The notes under the pieces are model-generated. The model saw nothing but the letters and a program-made list of their open reading frames with translations. It had not been told where the DNA came from and did not search any database. The position numbers were made by a program, and so were the translations under genes. From Alphaproteobacteria bacterium (GTDB lineage: Bacteria; Pseudomonadota; Alphaproteobacteria; JALCBB01): DNA of 39,338 nt. The stretch spans positions 1 to 39,338 of the forward strand of contig JALCBB010000004.1 in assembly GCA_028066985.1 (NCBI GenBank). The letters run 5' to 3'. The stretch's first letter is position 1. Each line of letters starts with the position of its first letter. This document shows positions 36,778 to 39,338 of this stretch, piece by piece.

Positions 36778-37608
36778 ATTAGTTTCATCAAGGTCGACAA
36801 CTATCGGAGCATGATCACTCGGGCCCTTCCAGCCGCGCACACGCGACACCGTGTCCGTCCCGACAACATGCGGCGCCAGGCCGGGCGAACCCAGCGCGTA
36901 ATCCAGTCGCCACCCCCGCCCCGCCCCGAACGCGCCAGGATGCCGGTACGTCCACCAGCTGAAATGAAACTCCGCCGCCGGCACCCGCTCGCGCTCCAGA
37001 TCCGTCCAGCCGCCCGCGCGCACCATCCGCCCGAAACTCTCCCGCTCCAGATCCGTATGCCCGACACTCCGCCACGCCGTCTCGTGATTCCAGACATCCG
37101 TCTCCAGCCACGCCACATTCAGATCGCCGACCAGCAGCCGCGGAGTTTCCGCGTCCAGGGTGCGCGACCAGCGCGTCATCGCCGACAGAAAACGCAGTTT
37201 GTCGTCATACTTCGGATTTCGCTCCCGACTCGCGACACCGCCGCCCGACGGAACATAAAAACAATGCAACTCCACCTCGCGTCCGCCCGGCGCGATCTCC
37301 ACTGCCGCTGACAAGTGCCGCTTATCCTCTTTGCCGCGCCAGCGCCGCACAGGACGCGCCTCGAGACGCCGCCGCGACAAAATCGCGACGCCGTTATATC
37401 CGCCCTGTCCGAGCACGATCTGATGCTCGTATCCCCATCGCCGGAAGGCGTCGCGCGGAAAGAAGTCGTCCGCGACTTTCGTCTCCTGCAGACACAGCAC
37501 ATCCGGACGCAAAACCCGCGCCAGCCGTCCGACCTGCGAAAGCCGCCGCCGCACCGAATTCACATTCCACGACATCACCCGAAGTCCCGGAGAATTTTCA
37601 GACACCAT
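36775..37608 (-). CDS. xth: Exodeoxyribonuclease III
   Basis: SWNVNSVR, DVLCLQETK, GYNGVAILS, YVPSG, GDLNVA, FSWWTYR, GWRLDY, PSDHAP. Confidence 0.95.
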   Translation of the reverse strand: MVSENSPGLRVMSWNVNSVRRRLSQVGRLARVLRPDVLCLQETKVADDFFPRDAFRRWGYEHQIVLGQGGYNGVAILSRRRLEARPVRRWRGKEDKRHLSAAVEIAPGGREVELHCFYVPSGGGVASRERNPKYDDKLRFLSAMTRWSRTLDAETPRLLVGDLNVAWLETDVWNHETAWRSVGHTDLERESFGRMVRAGGWTDLERERVPAAEFHFSWWTYRHPGAFGAGRGWRLDYALGSPGLAPHVVGTDTVSRVRGWKGPSDHAPIVVDLDETN

Positions 37609-38031
37609 CCGCCGTCACCATCATTGTCGCTGTCGGCGCCGCCGCGAAATCGGGTTCCAGAAACGCGCAAGGCGGCGCGCCAAGGGGGGAACTTTGGTCG
37701 CGACCGCCTTGCTCAACCCTTCGGCGCTTTACTCCTCCGGCAGGGGGCTCCCGGAGTCCGTTCGCGCGGCGGAAGACATCGCCTCCCGCGCGCCGCGCCC
37801 AAGGGCATGCTCAATGTTCGTATTTTGCGCCCGAAAGCCCTCCCCGGCAAGACCTTCAGAAAACCCCCTTGATTCTCAAAGAGATTTTTATCGCGGAAAA
37901 TCCTCCCCGCCGCCCCGACGGGCAGGACGCCCCCGCCCGAAATCTCCGCCCCGCGCAACTCCCCTGAAATACACGACTTTTCGCCTCCGCGCCCGGTCTT
38001 TGCCCCTCCCGCGATTCGCGCGCATGGAAAC

Positions 38032-38060
38032 CTTGATTTTCTCCTTTAAAACCCCTAAAT
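38032..38060 (+). promoter_or_regulatory. Possible RpoH (sigma32)-type promoter for yccA
   Basis: CTTGAT-N16-CCTAAAT resembles the alphaproteobacterial RpoH consensus CTTGAA-N15/16-CCTATAT. Confidence 0.4.
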
Positions 38061-38109
38061 TCGGAGTATAACCGAGACCCCTGCGAACCCCCTAGGAGAG
38101 GAACTTCCG

Positions 38110-38850
38110 ATGTCCGACCAGCAGCCTCGTCAGTGGGGCGGCGCCGTTGCGCAGCCTGCTTCTGATGTTATTAACGAGGGCGAGCGCGCCTTCATGCTCC
38201 GTGTTTTCAACTGGATGGCGCTTGCCGTCGCTTTCACGGGCGCGGTTTCGCTTTTTGTGGCGTCGGTGCCTGTGCTGCTCGCGTTCGCGCAGGGCGCGGG
38301 GATCATCGGCTTTTTCGCCATCATCGGACTCGGACTCTTCGCTCCCCGAATCATCGCCACGAAGTCTCTGAACGCGGCGCAGATCACTTTCTGGGCGTAT
38401 GCCGGTCTCTGGGGATTTTTCATCGCTCCGATCATCAATCTTTATCTGCAGGTGGATCCTGGACTCCTCGTGCGCGCCTTTTTCATCACTTCGGCGACAT
38501 TCGCGGGCGTCAGTCTTTACGGATACACCACGAAGCGCAATCTCACCCGTGTCGGCACTTTCGCGGTGATGATGATTCTCGGAGTTCTTGTGGCGGCGGT
38601 GGTGAATCTTTTTGTCGGCAATCAGATGCTTGACCTGCTGATTTCGGTCGCTGTTGTCGGACTTTTCTCGGCGGTGACGGCCTGGGAGGTGCAGTCGTTG
38701 CGGCAGAGTTATTATGATTCTCCCGGCACGGGCGAGGCGGGCGAGGTTGTGATCGCGCGCAAGTCTATTCTGGGGGCGCTGCAGTTGTACGGCAGTTTTG
38801 TGGTTTTGTTTGTGCACATTCTCAACATTCTCGGCCACATGCGCCGCTGA
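38110..38850 (+). CDS. yccA: Bax inhibitor-1/YccA family membrane protein
   Basis: RAFMLRVFNWM, AFFITSATFAGVSLYGYTTKRNL, GALQLY; about 7 TM segments; AGGAGAGG RBS. Confidence 0.9.
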   Translation: MSDQQPRQWGGAVAQPASDVINEGERAFMLRVFNWMALAVAFTGAVSLFVASVPVLLAFAQGAGIIGFFAIIGLGLFAPRIIATKSLNAAQITFWAYAGLWGFFIAPIINLYLQVDPGLLVRAFFITSATFAGVSLYGYTTKRNLTRVGTFAVMMILGVLVAAVVNLFVGNQMLDLLISVAVVGLFSAVTAWEVQSLRQSYYDSPGTGEAGEVVIARKSILGALQLYGSFVVLFVHILNILGHMRR

Positions 38851-38870
38851 GCGCTGGTGTTTGTCGGGGT

Positions 38871-39215
38871 ATGGGGGTGCCCGAGCATCTCAGCGCGCAG
38901 CAGCGCCGGCGGCGGAGGCGCCGGCGGCGGCAGGTCGCGTGGGGCGCTTTGCTCGGGGTTTTATTTTTTTATTTGCTGCTGACGCTGGTTCAGGGCCGGC
39001 ATCGTTTACAGGAGCAGCGGCTGCTGGAGCTGCGAGTCGAGCGGCTTGAGGGCGAGTTGGGGGAGTTGCGTGATCGGCGCGAGGTTCTGGAGCGGCGCGC
39101 GGGTTTATTGCGCGCGGAGTCTCTGGATGCGGATTTGCTTGACGAGGGCGCGTTGCGGGAGCTTGGTTTTGTCCGGCCTGAGGATCTGCTGATTGTGCTG
39201 CCTGAGGACGAGTAA
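38871..39215 (+). CDS. ftsB: Septum formation initiator (FtsB/DivIC-like)
   Basis: Basic N-terminus, one TM, G-x-x coiled coil, LDADLLDE...ELGFVRPED. Confidence 0.75.
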   Translation: MGVPEHLSAQQRRRRRRRRRQVAWGALLGVLFFYLLLTLVQGRHRLQEQRLLELRVERLEGELGELRDRREVLERRAGLLRAESLDADLLDEGALRELGFVRPEDLLIVLPEDE

Positions 39216-39218
39216 CTA

Positions 39219-39338
39219 TTAATGGAGACAGACGAAGTGCGGCCTTTGGCATTAGTGGGCGTTAAATTCAGACTAGCCACGACAGCGGCTCAAGCGAGCG
39301 ATGCCAACTAATGCCCGCAGGCGCTGCCTGCAAAAAAA
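39219..39338 (-). repeat. Repeat arm E8 (runs to the window edge)
   Basis: TTAATGGAGACAGACGAAGTGCGGCCTTTGGCATTAGTGGG...GCAGGCGCTGCCTGCAAAAAAA. Confidence 0.9.

Noticed and set aside
37846-37857. GGCAAGACCTT resembling the 3' end of a yybP-ykoY riboswitch
   Set aside because: No matching 5' GGGGAGTAG element on the same strand

Overview
GC-rich bacterial window, most consistent with an alphaproteobacterium (hemC-hemD-Mic60/COG4223-hemY_N cluster divergent from tsaD/EVE, large NAD-glutamate dehydrogenase). It holds about 20 CDS and tRNA-Gly(GCC). Housekeeping genes are formate dehydrogenase alpha, an Fe3+ ABC binding protein, two MFS transporters, gor, uvrB, the heme cluster, tsaD, EVE, gdhB, a BadF-type sugar kinase, ProX/YbaK, xth, yccA and an ftsB-like gene. 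Two unrelated complete Type III restriction-modification systems (mod-res) flank the heme cluster. Three features are not explained by the gene list. (1) A family of ~100-bp structured repeat arms (15 copies at 8 loci) is assembled into BIME/REPIN/MITE-like composites; one composite lies in-frame in the 5' end of the iron-binding-protein gene. (2) GAC-rich low-complexity in-frame insertions occur in at least five unrelated genes, and they share near-identical DNA words read in different frames. (3) A saw-tooth C/A-to-G/T compositional gradient resets at transcription-unit junctions. All calls rest on motif recognition by eye; no database searches or computations were run.
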